Below, in pieces: positions 47,791-59,234 of a DNA stretch of 64,000 nt (positions within the stretch are counted from its first letter, which is position 1; each line of letters opens with the position of its first letter). The DNA is taken from the NCBI GenBank assembly GCA_963848295.1, contig CAWKDB010000010.1:2336001-2400000 (forward strand). The letters are read 5' to 3'. The notes below the pieces were generated by a model. It was not told the DNA's origin and searched no databases. It saw only the letters and a program-made list of their open reading frames with translations. This DNA comes from an uncultured delta proteobacterium (GTDB lineage: Bacteria; Myxococcota_A; Polyangia; Haliangiales; Haliangiaceae). The position numbers and the translations under genes were made by a program.

Positions 47791-50064
47791 CTACGCGCGC
47801 AACGCGACCGCGCGCATCTGCTGTGCTTTGAGCACGACATACGCGGTCATGTTGACGATGTCCTCGACCGTGACCTCGTTTTGCAGCGCCGCACACGGCT
47901 TGCCGATCCCGAGCATGATCGGGCCGACCGCGCCGGCACCGCCGAGCACCTTGAGCGTTTGATACGCCGCGTTCGCCGCGGCGAGCGACCCGAACACCAG
48001 CGTGTTCGCCGGCCGGCTCAGCCGAGAGAATCCGAAATACTGCGCGCGCCGTTCGGGATCGAGCGCCATCTCGGGCTGCATCTCGCCGTCGATCTCGAGC
48101 TCCGGCCGGCGGCGGCGCACGAGCTCGAGCGCGTGCTGGATCTTCGCGACCTCCGGGTGATGGACCGAGCCGAAGTTCGAGTACGAGATCATCGCGATCC
48201 GAGGCGTGATGCCGAAGCCCTGCACCGCATCTGCCATCTGAAGCGTGATGTCGGCGAGCGTCTCGGCGTCGGGATCGATGTTGAATACGGTGTCGCCGAA
48301 GAACCGCACTGCGTTCTTCAGCACCATCAGGTACATCCCGACCGCGACCTTGCAGCCGGATTGCAGCCCGAAGATCTCGAGCGGCGGCCGCACGGTCTCG
48401 GGGTAGTTGAGCCGCAAGCCGGTGACCATGCCGTCGGCGTCACCGCGATCGACCATCAACGCGGCGTAGTAGTCGCTCTTCTGGAGCAGCGCTTGCGCCG
48501 CGAACGACGTCAGGCCTTTGCGTTGCCGCAGCTGGTAGAGCCGCTCGACGTAGGTCGGCTGGCTCTCGATCCGCGGATCGATGATCTCGGCACCGTGCTG
48601 GAGCAGATCCAGCGACAGCTCGTCGCACATCGCGGCGATCTCGTCTTTGCGGCCGAGCAGCACCGGCTTCGCGATGCCCTCGTCGACGATCTGCTGGACC
48701 GCGCGCAACAGCCGTGGATTCGCCGCGTGCGGGAACGCGATCCGCTTCGGCTCGCGCCGCGCCTCGCGCCCGATCGTGCGCATGATCGAGTACGCCGCAT
48801 TCGAGCCCTTCGACACGAGGGACTCGCGGTATTCTTCGATGTCGAATTTGACCCGAGCGACGCCGCTGTCCATCGCCGCCTTCGCGACCGCGGGCGCGAC
48901 CCACCACAGCACGCGCGGATCGAACGGCTTGGGGATGAAGTAGTCCGGCCCCATCTTGATCGCCTTGCCGCCGTACGCGCTGACCACGGCATCGGGCACC
49001 GGCTCGCGCGTCAGCTCGGACAGCGCGCGCGCCGCGGCGAGCTTCATCGCCTCGGACACCGCACTCGCGCGGCAATCGAGCGCACCGCGGAAGATGTACG
49101 GAAAGCCGAGCACGTTGTTGACCTGGTTCGGATAGTCCGACCGCCCGGTCGCGACGAGCGCATCGGGCCGCGCCGCGATCGCATCGGGATACGAGATCTC
49201 CGGATCGGGGTTCGCGAGCGCGAAGATGATCGGCCGCTCGGCCATCGTCTTGACCATGTCGGGCGTGCATACGCCGGCGACCGACAGGCCCATGAACATG
49301 TCTGCGCCCTTCATCACGTCGGCGAGCGTGCGCCGGCCGTCGTCGGGAATCGCGAACTTCAGCTTGTGGCGGTTGAGGTCGTTGCGGCCCGCGTGCACGA
49401 CGCCCTTCGTGTCGACGAGCACGACGTTTTCTTTCGAGACGCCGAGGCTGCAGAAGAAGTCGACGCACGCGATCGCCCCGGCGCCCGCGCCCGACACGAC
49501 GACCTTCAGCGTCGCGAGCGGCTTCTTCGCGAGCTCGGCCGCGTTGAGCAAACCCGCGCCGGAGATGATCGCGGTGCCGTGCTGATCGTCGTGGAACACC
49601 GGGATGCGCATCCGCTGGCGCAGCTTCTCTTCGATCTCGAAGCACGCCGGCGACGCGATGTCTTCGAGGTTGATCCCGCCGAACGTCGGCTCGAGCGCGG
49701 CCACGATGTCGACGAACTTGTCGATGTCTTTCTCGGCGATCTCGAGATCGAACACGTCGATGTCGGCGAACTTCTTGAACAGGCACGCCTTGCCTTCCAT
49801 CACCGGCTTGCCTGCCGCCGCGCCGATGTCGCCGAGCCCGAGCACCGCGGTGCCGTTCGAGATCACCGCGACGAGGTTGCCGCGTGCGGTGTACTCCCAG
49901 CTCTTCTCTTCGTTCGCTTCGATCTCGAGACACGGCTCGGCGACCCCGGGCGTATACGCGAGCGAGAGATCGATCTGACTGACCAACGGCTTGGTCGGGA
50001 CGACCTCGATCTTTCCCTTGCGCCCCCGGCGGTGGTACTCGAGCGCGTCATCCTTTCGACTCAT
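47791..50064 (-). CDS. maeB: NADP-dependent malic enzyme with PTA-like domain
   Basis: [48 protein letters not shown]. Confidence 0.96.
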   Translation of the reverse strand: MSRKDDALEYHRRGRKGKIEVVPTKPLVSQIDLSLAYTPGVAEPCLEIEANEEKSWEYTARGNLVAVISNGTAVLGLGDIGAAAGKPVMEGKACLFKKFADIDVFDLEIAEKDIDKFVDIVAALEPTFGGINLEDIASPACFEIEEKLRQRMRIPVFHDDQHGTAIISGAGLLNAAELAKKPLATLKVVVSGAGAGAIACVDFFCSLGVSKENVVLVDTKGVVHAGRNDLNRHKLKFAIPDDGRRTLADVMKGADMFMGLSVAGVCTPDMVKTMAERPIIFALANPDPEISYPDAIAARPDALVATGRSDYPNQVNNVLGFPYIFRGALDCRASAVSEAMKLAAARALSELTREPVPDAVVSAYGGKAIKMGPDYFIPKPFDPRVLWWVAPAVAKAAMDSGVARVKFDIEEYRESLVSKGSNAAYSIMRTIGREARREPKRIAFPHAANPRLLRAVQQIVDEGIAKPVLLGRKDEIAAMCDELSLDLLQHGAEIIDPRIESQPTYVERLYQLRQRKGLTSFAAQALLQKSDYYAALMVDRGDADGMVTGLRLNYPETVRPPLEIFGLQSGCKVAVGMYLMVLKNAVRFFGDTVFNIDPDAETLADITLQMADAVQGFGITPRIAMISYSNFGSVHHPEVAKIQHALELVRRRRPELEIDGEMQPEMALDPERRAQYFGFSRLSRPANTLVFGSLAAANAAYQTLKVLGGAGAVGPIMLGIGKPCAALQNEVTVEDIVNMTAYVVLKAQQMRAVALRA

Positions 50065-50150
50065 GAGTGGAACGTAGACCCCCGAAGCATTCGAGGCAAA
50101 TCAGCGTCAGGAGCCAGCGTTCCTCTCGAGCACGTGGCAATGTCCGGGGC

Positions 50151-53090
50151 ATGTCGACCCGCTCTCTAGGTCTTGGTCTCGCGCTGCTGTTCGCGTGTGG
50201 CAGCTCGAAGCCGCAAGTCACGGTCCCAGCTCCTGTTCCGACGGCTCCAGATGTCGCCGTCGCGCCCCCTCGGGCGCCGGTCAACCCGGACGCCGCGCCG
50301 ATTCCGCTGTGGCCCGAGGTCAAGAAGGGGACGCTCCCGAACGGCCTCACGTACTACATCTTCAAGCACGGCAAGCCCGAGAAGCGCGCCCTGCTCTGGC
50401 TCGCGGTCGATGCGGGCTCGGTGCAAGAGGACAACGATCAGCGCGGCCTGGCGCACTTCGACGAGCACATGGCGTTCAACGGCACGAAGCGCTATCCGAA
50501 GAACGCGCTGATCTCGTACCTCGAGAAGATCGGCATGCGGTTCGGCGCCGATCTCAACGCGTACACGACGTGGGATCAGACGGTGTATCAGCTCGAGGTG
50601 CCGACCGACGATCCGCAGTACATCGCGGGTGGCCTCGACATCCTGCGCGACTGGGCCGGCGACGTCACGTACGACCCGAGCGAGGTCGGCGTGGCAGGCA
50701 AAGGCGACAAGGAGCGCGGCGTCGTGCTCGAAGAATGGCGGCTCGGTCGCGGCGCGAGCAAGCGGTTGTTCGACAAGCAAGCGAAGGTGCTGTTCGCCGG
50801 CTCGCGCTACGCCGATCGCATCACGATCGGCGATCCCGATATCATCAAGAACGCGCCGCGCGACACGCTCTATCGATTCTACAAGGACTGGTATCGGCCC
50901 GACCTGATGGCGGTGATCGCGGTCGGCGATTTCGATCCGGCGGAGATGGAAAAGCAGATCATCGCGCGGTTCTCGGATCTGAAGGCGCCGGCGCACGAGC
51001 GCACGCGGCCGATCGGCGGCTTTCCCAAGGGGACCGGCACGCGGGTGTCGATCGAGACCGACAAAGAGGCCAACGCGACGTCGGTGACCGTGGCCAACCT
51101 CGTGCCGCATCGCGAGGTGGCGAGCAAGCTCGACTATCGCCGGTTGCTGGCGGAGCGGCTGTACTCGATGATCCTCGACGAGCGGTTGCACACGATCGCC
51201 CGCAAGCCCGACGCGCCGTTCATTCGGGCCTTCGGCAGCGTGTCGCCGATGGTGCGCGATGTCGACGCGTTCGAGCGCGTCGCCGAGGTCAAGACCGGCA
51301 AGGTCGAAGACTCGCTGCGCGCGCTGTTCACCGAGGTGTTGCGGATCGAACGCAACGGCATCACCGCGGGCGAGCTCGAACGGGCGCGCACGAACATGGC
51401 GCGTAGCTACGAAGAGCTGGCCGACACCGAAGCGACGCGCGACAGCCGGCAATTCACCGACGAGATCACGCGCAACTTCTTCGTCCACGAGTTCATGGTC
51501 GGCAGCGCGGTCGAGCGCCAGATGGCCCTCGCGGTGATACCGACGATCACGGTCGACGACCTCGACGCCGTCGTCAAGACGTTCAGCGGCGCCGACAATC
51601 GCGTCGTGTTGATCTCCGGCCCGGACGGCCAGACGCTGCCGACGAAGGACCAAGTGCTCGCGATCATCAGCGACGTGTCGAAGGCGCAGATCCCGCAGTG
51701 GGAAGACAAACCGATCCCGAAGTCGCTGCTCGCGACGCTGCCGACCCCGGGCAAGATCGTCAAAGAGAAGAAGGTCGACGCGATCGGCGTCACCGAGTGG
51801 ACGCTGTCGAACGGCGCGCGCGTGATCGTCAAGCCGACCGACTTCGAGCGCGACTCGGTCGCGATCGTCGGGTTCTCGGCGGGCGGCGAGGCGACGATCT
51901 CGGACAAGGACTACCCGAGCGACAAGTTCGCCGACGACATCGTCGAGGTCAGCGGGCTCGGCACGTTCGACGCCGAGACGCTCGGCAAGATCCTGACCGG
52001 CAAGGAAGTGTACGCGCAGACCTCGATCGACCCGACCACCGAGTCGGTGTTCGCCGGGGGCTCGGCGCGCGATCTCGAGACCGCGATGCAGCTGGTCTAT
52101 CTGCGGATGACCGCGCCGCGGTCCGACCCCGAGGAATTCGCGGTGTGGCAGCACAATACCGCCGAGCGGATCACGAACCAGTTGCGCTCGCCCGAGGCGC
52201 GCTACCGGCGCGAGTCGGCAGCGGCGCTGTACAAGAACAACCTGCGTCACGTGGCGGCGGAGCCGGGTGACCTCGCGAAGGTCGACGCCGCGAAGGCGCT
52301 CGGGTTTTACGCGAAACAATTCGGCGATGCATCGAGCTTCACGTTCGTGATCGTCGGGGCGGTCGAGCTCGACAAGCTCAAGCCACTGGTCGAGACCTAC
52401 CTCGCGAGCCTGCCGGCGAAAGCTCACAAGGCCAGAGAGATCGACCTCGGCATCCGCAAGGTCGGCGGCGTCGTGAAGAAAGAATGGAAGCTCGGCGAGG
52501 AGCCGAAAGCGTCGGTCAGCATCGACTTCCACGGCGACGAGTCGTGGACGCGCGACAAGGAGCGCGACATGTTCATCCTCGGCCAGGTGCTGTCGATGCG
52601 CCTGCGCGACGTGCTGCGCGAGGACCTGGGCGGCGTCTACGGCGTGCGCGCGAGCGGCTCGCTGACGCGATCGCCGCATCAAGAGCGCAGCTTCGTGATC
52701 CAATTCGGTTGCGATCCAGCGCGGGTCGACGAGCTGACGAAGGCCGCATACGCGCAGATCGCCGAGATCGCGGCGAACGGCACGACGAAGCTGACCAAGG
52801 ACGGCGAGCCGGTCGACTACCTCGAGAAGGTCAAGCAGACGTACTTGCGAGCGCGCGAGACCGAGATGCGCAAGAACAGCTTCTGGGTCGGCTGGCTGGC
52901 CAAGGCCTACAAGTATGGCGACGATCCGACGCTGATCCTCGATCCGACCAAGGTGGTCGCGCGGATGACATCGAACAACGTCAAGGCCGCGGCCAAGCGC
53001 TTCCTCGATCTCAAGCAGACGTACACCGCGGTGCTGCTGCCAGCGAAGGACGCGCCGGCGGCCCCGGCTCCTGCGCCCGCGAACAAGTAG
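50151..53090 (+). CDS. M16 family zinc metallopeptidase lipoprotein (PqqL-like)
   Basis: LFAC lipobox, LPNGLTY, AHFDEHMAFNGT (HxxEH), NAYT, ERGVVLEEWR, LREDLGGVY. Confidence 0.93.
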   Translation: MSTRSLGLGLALLFACGSSKPQVTVPAPVPTAPDVAVAPPRAPVNPDAAPIPLWPEVKKGTLPNGLTYYIFKHGKPEKRALLWLAVDAGSVQEDNDQRGLAHFDEHMAFNGTKRYPKNALISYLEKIGMRFGADLNAYTTWDQTVYQLEVPTDDPQYIAGGLDILRDWAGDVTYDPSEVGVAGKGDKERGVVLEEWRLGRGASKRLFDKQAKVLFAGSRYADRITIGDPDIIKNAPRDTLYRFYKDWYRPDLMAVIAVGDFDPAEMEKQIIARFSDLKAPAHERTRPIGGFPKGTGTRVSIETDKEANATSVTVANLVPHREVASKLDYRRLLAERLYSMILDERLHTIARKPDAPFIRAFGSVSPMVRDVDAFERVAEVKTGKVEDSLRALFTEVLRIERNGITAGELERARTNMARSYEELADTEATRDSRQFTDEITRNFFVHEFMVGSAVERQMALAVIPTITVDDLDAVVKTFSGADNRVVLISGPDGQTLPTKDQVLAIISDVSKAQIPQWEDKPIPKSLLATLPTPGKIVKEKKVDAIGVTEWTLSNGARVIVKPTDFERDSVAIVGFSAGGEATISDKDYPSDKFADDIVEVSGLGTFDAETLGKILTGKEVYAQTSIDPTTESVFAGGSARDLETAMQLVYLRMTAPRSDPEEFAVWQHNTAERITNQLRSPEARYRRESAAALYKNNLRHVAAEPGDLAKVDAAKALGFYAKQFGDASSFTFVIVGAVELDKLKPLVETYLASLPAKAHKAREIDLGIRKVGGVVKKEWKLGEEPKASVSIDFHGDESWTRDKERDMFILGQVLSMRLRDVLREDLGGVYGVRASGSLTRSPHQERSFVIQFGCDPARVDELTKAAYAQIAEIAANGTTKLTKDGEPVDYLEKVKQTYLRARETEMRKNSFWVGWLAKAYKYGDDPTLILDPTKVVARMTSNNVKAAAKRFLDLKQTYTAVLLPAKDAPAAPAPAPANK

Positions 53091-54059
53091 TTAGCCGCGG
53101 CAGCTGCCGACCGCGACGAGCGCACCGTCGCTGTCGTCGTGCCGGCCTGCTTCGTCGTAGCGCCACGTGCCTTCGACCGGCGAGTCGCACTCCGCGCCGA
53201 CGACCTGGATCAGCTGGTAGCCGGTGCCGCGCTCGCGATCGGGCACGATCACGGCGTGACCGAGCAAGCTCTTGGTCCACGGGATGTACGCGAGCCGGCC
53301 GCCGCACCGCACCGGCGCGAATGCGTAGTAGCGCAGCTCGCTCTCTTGCACGACGAACATGTCGCCGGGCTTGACGACACACAGCGGCGTTCGCTTCGCG
53401 AGCTCGCGCGCAACCCACGCGTGTTCAGCCACGAGCGTCTCGTGCGCCGCCGGGTCCTCGGAGTCGTTCATCGCGGCGGTCGCGCGGTCGACGTCGCGCT
53501 TGCTCCACGCAGGGACCGGGGCGCCGCGATCGACGACGGTGACGTGGCTCGGCGGATCGTGTGGGGTGCCCAGCTCGTCGTTCTCGGTCAGGCCGTGGAC
53601 CACGGCGTGATGTCGGGCGATCACCGGCGCGGTCGCAGCCGCCGCGGTCGCCGCTGCCCGATCGCCGAAGTTGCCGATCACGACTGCGATGCCGCGCGGC
53701 GTGATGCCGAGGTCGTCGGTGTGGACGACGTACGGCAAGCCGAACGCGAGCTTGCCGTCGAGTGCCGCAACGATCGCGCGGGCCTCGCGCGCATCGGACA
53801 CGACGTACGCGACGACCGCATCCGGCCGATCGCAGTCGTAGCAAGTCACGTAGGGCTCCCAATACAGCCCGGCGGTCGCCTCGGGGCGAAGCGGCGGCGG
53901 CTCGGCCTGCTTGGCCGCTGCGGGCGGCGCGGCTGCGGGCGGCGGCGCGACGGCGGGCGGCGCCGGCGCGATCGCGATCGGCGCGACCGCGGTCACCGGC
54001 ATCGGTGGCGGCGCGCTGCCGCACGCAGCCGCCAAGGTCACGATGACGAAGCGATGCAT
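53091..54059 (-). CDS. Hypothetical lipoprotein
   Basis: LAAAC lipobox, Pro/Ala linker, Cys-containing domain. Confidence 0.65.
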   Translation of the reverse strand: MHRFVIVTLAAACGSAPPPMPVTAVAPIAIAPAPPAVAPPPAAAPPAAAKQAEPPPLRPEATAGLYWEPYVTCYDCDRPDAVVAYVVSDAREARAIVAALDGKLAFGLPYVVHTDDLGITPRGIAVVIGNFGDRAAATAAAATAPVIARHHAVVHGLTENDELGTPHDPPSHVTVVDRGAPVPAWSKRDVDRATAAMNDSEDPAAHETLVAEHAWVARELAKRTPLCVVKPGDMFVVQESELRYYAFAPVRCGGRLAYIPWTKSLLGHAVIVPDRERGTGYQLIQVVGAECDSPVEGTWRYDEAGRHDDSDGALVAVGSCRG

Positions 54060-54100
54060 CTACCTTTCGGACGCGGCATGCCCACCGAGAGTCGCACGGC

Positions 54101-54712
54101 TCACGGCTTCGCGTAACTCGCGCGCAACGCCACGATCGCGTCGTTCGTCACCGCGCACTCGTCGGCGAGCCGGCACACCAGCTCGAGGTCGAGGGCCGGC
54201 ACGAGCTCGCTGCGTGCGCATAGCTCGTACCCGAGAGCTCCGAGCACGTAGACCGAGATCTCGTTGTAGCGCCACCGCCAGACCTCGCGGACTCCGAGTC
54301 GCCGATAGATCTCGAGCTTGTCGATCCCGCCGCTGGTCCACTCGACCTCGATCGCGAGACTCGGCCGGTCGGTCGTCTGATCGCGTCCGACGATGTAGCA
54401 CTCGTCCGATTCGGCTGCGGCCTGTTGCTCCTGATCCTTGAGTGTCCACTTGCCGTAGCCGGCGAACACGATGCCGTGATCGTACGCAAACGCTTCGAAC
54501 ATGCGGCTGATGAAATGGCTGAAGTGCTCGTGATCGCGCGACGTCGTCATCAGCTGCACCACTCCGTCGAGGTAGTGCATGCGCGGGATGGTCTTGGAGC
54601 GGAGCTCCAGGAGCTTCTCGTAGCCGTTCCAGTCGACACGCATCGTCACGATGCGGTCCGCGTGCGGCACGTACTCGCCGCGCGGCACGGGGGCATCGGT
54701 CGAGACGTTCAC
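54101..54712 (-). CDS. Uma2 family (PDDEXK) endonuclease
   Basis: AESDECY, LAIEVE, KLEIYRRLGVREVW; TAGCAT 7 nt before GTG. Confidence 0.88.
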   Translation of the reverse strand: MNVSTDAPVPRGEYVPHADRIVTMRVDWNGYEKLLELRSKTIPRMHYLDGVVQLMTTSRDHEHFSHFISRMFEAFAYDHGIVFAGYGKWTLKDQEQQAAAESDECYIVGRDQTTDRPSLAIEVEWTSGGIDKLEIYRRLGVREVWRWRYNEISVYVLGALGYELCARSELVPALDLELVCRLADECAVTNDAIVALRASYAKP

Positions 54713-54818
54713 TCCCTGCATGCTACCAGACGCAGCTGCAGCGAACGTGCCGTTTCAACTGCGCGAGATCGCAAACGCTCGTGTCCGCTTTGTCCAGCGC
54801 TGTCCGAAGCTCGGACGC

Positions 54819-55607
54819 TCAGCCGTCGATCAGGATCGTGGCGTCGAGCCGCGCGGCGAGCGCGAGCGAGCGCAAGAACGCCGCGAGCTGCTCGATATCG
54901 GCGTCGGGCTCGCTCGGCACGCTCGCCGCGGCGAGCACGCGGGACTTGCCCGGCTCGTCCTTGAGATCGATGAGGCTCGTGTCGTGCGGGATGACGCCGC
55001 AGAACAGCGCGAGCATCAAGCAATGAGTCGGCGCGAGGTTGCCGACCATGAACATCATCTGGAACAGCTGGTCGCTCGAGATCTCGATCACGCCGTCATC
55101 GCCCTGCCAGCGCACCCCGTACGGCGCGCGGCTCTCGAAGTACGTCGTGCCCGCCGCGCGCAGCTTCGCGGTCGGCACGCCGTCCCAGCCGAATTCCCCG
55201 AGGCCGCGGACGAGCAGCGCGCCCGCCGTGCAGCCCAGCGTGTCGGGCAGGCGGCCCATCAGCCAGGCCTCGACCCGCTCCGGAATCGGATAGCGGATCC
55301 GCCGGTGACACGCGAACTCGCGCGGCAGCTCGGCGGGGCACTGCGCACAACCCGAGGCGACCGCATCGAGCGGCGCCGATTCGTTCATCAGGTCTTGTAG
55401 CGTCACGCCCCGCGCGCTGTCGCCGTCGGGCTTGCGCACGGTGAGCTGGATTTCGATCTCGCCCGGCTCGCGCAGATCACCGTCCTCGCGCATGTGAGCG
55501 AGCATCGAGCGCGCGACGATGCGCGTCCGGTTGAGGGCGACCAGGCGATCGATGCCTAGCTCGCGCTGGGGCTCGCACTTCATGCCCAGGACGTAGTCGA
55601 TCGCCAT
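54819..55607 (-). CDS. Hypothetical protein, possibly metal-binding
   Basis: MAIDYVLGMKC, CAQCP, ACH; GAGG upstream. Confidence 0.7.
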   Translation of the reverse strand: MAIDYVLGMKCEPQRELGIDRLVALNRTRIVARSMLAHMREDGDLREPGEIEIQLTVRKPDGDSARGVTLQDLMNESAPLDAVASGCAQCPAELPREFACHRRIRYPIPERVEAWLMGRLPDTLGCTAGALLVRGLGEFGWDGVPTAKLRAAGTTYFESRAPYGVRWQGDDGVIEISSDQLFQMMFMVGNLAPTHCLMLALFCGVIPHDTSLIDLKDEPGKSRVLAAASVPSEPDADIEQLAAFLRSLALAARLDATILIDG

Positions 55608-55686
55608 CGAACGTCCTCTTAGCAGACAGCTGTGACACTGCCTCACCCTTGTTTCCGCCGGCGATCGTCGGTAGAACCACGACTGC

Positions 55687-55760
<74 letters not shown>

Positions 55761-55771
55761 CGAGTTCGCGG

Positions 55772-56480
55772 ATGCCGAAGACGCTAGCGGAGATCGCGAT
55801 CGAGGCCAGCCTCGTCACGAAGGCCAACGCCGCGAAGGCCGGCCGGATGGCGGAAGCGCGCAAGCTGCCGCTCGTCGTCGTGCTGATCCGCGAGCTCGGC
55901 GTCGACGAGGTCGCTTTGATCGGCGCGCTGCGCAAGCAGACCCGCGTCCAGCTGCTCGATCCGGCCGAGGTCCAGATCGATCCCGATGCGCTCCGGCTCG
56001 TCGCAAAGCGACACCTGCGCTCGATTGCGCGTGCTGCCGATCTCGCTCTCGACCGACGGCGCGACCCGGACGCTGCGGCTCGCGATGGCCGATCCGACCG
56101 ACGAGTCCGCCGTCGCCGAGATCGAGGCGCTCGCGCGCTGCGAGATCGAGGTGTGTGCGCTGCCGCTGTCCGCGATCGACGAGCTCGTCGACAAGGGCTA
56201 TCGCCAGATCTCGACCGTCGTCGTCAATCGCTCCCGCCCGTTCGGCGACAACCTGTTCGTGACCGCCCGCACCCGGACGCCGACCCGGCCCGGCTCGAAC
56301 AACGAAGAGTCCGAGGTCTCGGTCACCGCGCAGATCCCGATGTCGATGCTGCAGCCGCCGGCCGGGGCGACCGACCTGGAGGCTCGGTTCGCAGCGTTGT
56401 GTCGCTTACTTGTTACCAAGGGACTGGTCTCGGAGGCCGAGCTGGTCGAAGCAATAGCGAAGGCGAAACCCGAGGCGTGA
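55772..56480 (+). CDS. GspE/PilB N-terminal (MshEN-like) domain protein, frameshifted at about 56005-56007
   Basis: First frame to IDPDALRLV; second frame CARLRVLP..LRLAMADPTD; C-terminal LLVTKGLVSEAEL. Confidence 0.75.
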
Positions 56481-56585
56481 TCCGGGTTTGCCGGTCGCGG
56501 CGCAGCTTTTCGTAATGCGCCTTTTCAAGGTTCGTGCGCTATGCTCGACGGGTCGTCCGTTAAGCGACCTATGCCGCCACATGAC

Positions 56586-58967
56586 ATGAGCTCGGCTTCT
56601 TCGATCATCTGCACCGGTTGTCAGCACAGCTACGTCCACTCGGCGTTGTTCTGTCCGAATTGCGGCCGCCCCAAGGTTCGCGAGACGGCTGGCGACGCAC
56701 TGGTCGGCAAGTTGCTCGGCGAGCGGTTTCAGGTCCAGGAGCTGATCGGCCAGGGCGCATCCGGCACGATCTATCGCGCGGAGCACATCACGTTGCGCCG
56801 GCGCGTCGCGATCAAGGTGTTGCACACCGAGCTGTCGCGCGACGATCTCGCGGTCGAGCGGTTCCGCCGCGAGGCGACGACGGTCGCCGAGATCGACAAC
56901 GAGCACATCGTCGAGATCCACGACTTCGGTCGCACGAACGACGGCCGGCTCTATCTCGCGATGGAGCTGCTCGAAGGCGAGACGCTCGACGGCGTGCTCG
57001 CGCGCGAGCACCAACTGTCGGTCGAGCGCACCGCCGACATCTTGATCCAGGTCGGCGAGGCGCTGATGGAGGCGCACGCGATCGGCTACGTCCACCGGGA
57101 TCTGCGTCCGCGCAACATCTACCTCGCGGTCCGGCGCGGCAAAGCGAACTTCGTCAAGCTGCTCGACTTCGGCCTGTCGAAGCTCGTCGAGAGCGATTCA
57201 CAAGCCGCGTCGACCAGCCTCGGCATGACGTTCGGCGATCCGCGCTACATGTCGCCCGAGCAAGCGCGCGGCGATCGCATCGACCGGCGCGCCGATATCT
57301 ATCAGCTCGGCTGCATCGCGTACGAGATGCTCACCGGCTCGCCGCCATTCACCGGCAGCCGCGTGTTCGACATCCTGACCAAGCAGGTCACCGAGGTCCC
57401 CGCGCCGTTGCCGACCAAGCGCCCGGGCGTGCCGCTGTGGATGGAAGCCGCCGCCGCGAAGATGCTCGCGAAGGATCCGGAGAACCGGTTCGCGACGACG
57501 ACTCGCATGGTCGAGGCGCTGCGCCGCGGGCTCGAGACCGGCGAGGTGATGGAGGACGATATCGCTCGCCGGCGCGAGAGCATTCCGCCGCCATCGGTGT
57601 CGCGCGTGATGCAGCGGTTCGGCGTCTCGCAGGATCAGCCGATCCCGTCGAGCCCGGTGCCATCGCCGAACGCGCCGCCGCTGCCGGATGCCACTCCTGC
57701 GCCGACCCCCGCGCCTGCTGCCGCCGCCCCCGCGCCGAAACCGCAAGCGGTGGTCGTCGAGGAGGCCGAACCACGCAAGCGCACTGGCACCCCGCGCGTC
57801 GGCGTGCCGGTCGCTGCGGAGCCCGCGCCCGAAGTCGTGCAAGCGCCGGTCACGGGCTCGATCGAAGCGCCGGCCGGGCGGAGCAAGCGCTCGAGCTCGC
57901 ACGGCGATCCGATGGGCATCTCGCAGGTCTGGTACGAGGACGGGGATCGCGCGTCAGACGAAGCCGACGGCGGGACCAAGCCGGCGCGCGCGCGCAAGCC
58001 GACGTCCCCGAGCACCACCGATCTCAACTTCTACGAGGATGAACCGCGGCGCCGAGGTCACGGGCTGTTGCTCGTCGTCCTCGGCGCGTTCGCGCTCGGC
58101 GGCGTGATTGCATTCGCGGTGACCCGCGGCGGTGACAACCCGCCGAAGCAAGTGGCGGCGGCCGCGGCAACCGAGACCCCTGCGGTGATGGTCGACGCCG
58201 CTCCCAGCACGATCATCGGCGAGGCCGACGCCGCCGTCGTCGCCGAGGTGACTCCGCCGCCGGTCGCGAACCCGCCGCCGGTCGCGAACCCGCCGCCGGT
58301 CGCGAACCCGCCGCCGATCAAGGTGACCACCCCGGCGGTTGCGAATCCGCCGAAGGTCAAGACGCCCACGACGCACCAAGACCATCCGGCGAAGACCCCG
58401 AAGGACGTCGACCTCGGCAAGTATCTACCGCCGCTCACCGTGAATCCGCCGCCGCTGGTCACGCACACCGCCGTGACGGCACCGACCGTCGCGCCGCCCG
58501 CGCCGAAGCATCCGAGCGTGACCGGTGGCCCTGAAGATCCGTACGGCGCCGCGTCCGGCGGCGATCCCGGCGACGGCGCGTCCCCGGACAAGAAAGCCGA
58601 GTTCTACGCGAGCCTCGGCGCGCAACAGCTCGCCTCGCACGACATCGCGAACGCGGCCGCGAACTTCTTGAAGGCGTCCGAGCTCGACGGCAAGAACGCC
58701 GCCGCGTTCACCGGCATGGGCGAGATCGCTCTGAGCCAAGGCTTGTTCGGCGACGCCGTCACCCACCTGCGCAAAGCCGCTCGGCTCGCGCCGAAGAGCT
58801 CGCACATCTTCACGCTACTCGGCGAGGCGTACCTGAACAGCGGACAGAACGCGATCGCGGCCGAGAACTTCAAGAAGGCGCTGCAGCTCGATCCCGACAA
58901 CGCGCAAGCCCGCGACGGCTACAACGAGGCGTCGAGCCGCGTGCCGCCGCCCTCCGACGACAACTGA
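56586..58967 (+). CDS. Ser/Thr kinase with N-terminal zinc ribbon, TM, Pro-rich linker and TPR repeats
   Basis: CTGC..CPNC, GQGASG, HRDLRPRN, DFG, YMSPE; FKKALQLDPDN. Start may be 56541 or 56571. Confidence 0.92.
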   Translation: MSSASSIICTGCQHSYVHSALFCPNCGRPKVRETAGDALVGKLLGERFQVQELIGQGASGTIYRAEHITLRRRVAIKVLHTELSRDDLAVERFRREATTVAEIDNEHIVEIHDFGRTNDGRLYLAMELLEGETLDGVLAREHQLSVERTADILIQVGEALMEAHAIGYVHRDLRPRNIYLAVRRGKANFVKLLDFGLSKLVESDSQAASTSLGMTFGDPRYMSPEQARGDRIDRRADIYQLGCIAYEMLTGSPPFTGSRVFDILTKQVTEVPAPLPTKRPGVPLWMEAAAAKMLAKDPENRFATTTRMVEALRRGLETGEVMEDDIARRRESIPPPSVSRVMQRFGVSQDQPIPSSPVPSPNAPPLPDATPAPTPAPAAAAPAPKPQAVVVEEAEPRKRTGTPRVGVPVAAEPAPEVVQAPVTGSIEAPAGRSKRSSSHGDPMGISQVWYEDGDRASDEADGGTKPARARKPTSPSTTDLNFYEDEPRRRGHGLLLVVLGAFALGGVIAFAVTRGGDNPPKQVAAAAATETPAVMVDAAPSTIIGEADAAVVAEVTPPPVANPPPVANPPPVANPPPIKVTTPAVANPPKVKTPTTHQDHPAKTPKDVDLGKYLPPLTVNPPPLVTHTAVTAPTVAPPAPKHPSVTGGPEDPYGAASGGDPGDGASPDKKAEFYASLGAQQLASHDIANAAANFLKASELDGKNAAAFTGMGEIALSQGLFGDAVTHLRKAARLAPKSSHIFTLLGEAYLNSGQNAIAAENFKKALQLDPDNAQARDGYNEASSRVPPPSDDN
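58254..58316 (+). repeat. 18-bp coding tandem repeat (PPPVAN x3.5)
   Basis: CCGCCGCCGGTCGCGAAC three times plus a half unit. Confidence 0.85.
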
Positions 58968-58999
58968 GCCGGCGAACCCGATTCGCCCGAATTTGAAGC

Positions 59000-59152
59000 T
59001 CAGCGCTTCTTGCCGCCCTTGGTTCGGCGCTCGGAGACTTCTTTGGTCGGGGCGATCCACGAGCTCGGCGTGCCGTGATTGGCGACACCGAGACGGAGGC
59101 GGCGGGTCGACGACGAGAGCGACAGCTTCGGAACTGCTTTCCCGAGGTGCAT
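59000..59152 (-). CDS. Candidate 50-aa basic small protein
   Basis: MHLGKAVPKLSLSSSTRRLRLGVANHGTPSSWIAPTKEVSERRTKGGKKR; TAGGCT 5 nt before ATG; sits in an intergenic gap. Confidence 0.5.
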   Translation of the reverse strand: MHLGKAVPKLSLSSSTRRLRLGVANHGTPSSWIAPTKEVSERRTKGGKKR

Positions 59153-59234
59153 GATTCAGCCTAGGGGCGCCCGATCCGCGCGGGCAACTTCCTGAGCGCC
59201 GGGGAGATCTCTCCCGCGCTAGAGCTGTGAGAGG

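Noticed and set aside
54101..54712. Uma2 nuclease as part of a defence system
   Set aside because: Stand-alone member of a commonly expanded family with no defence partners adjacent.
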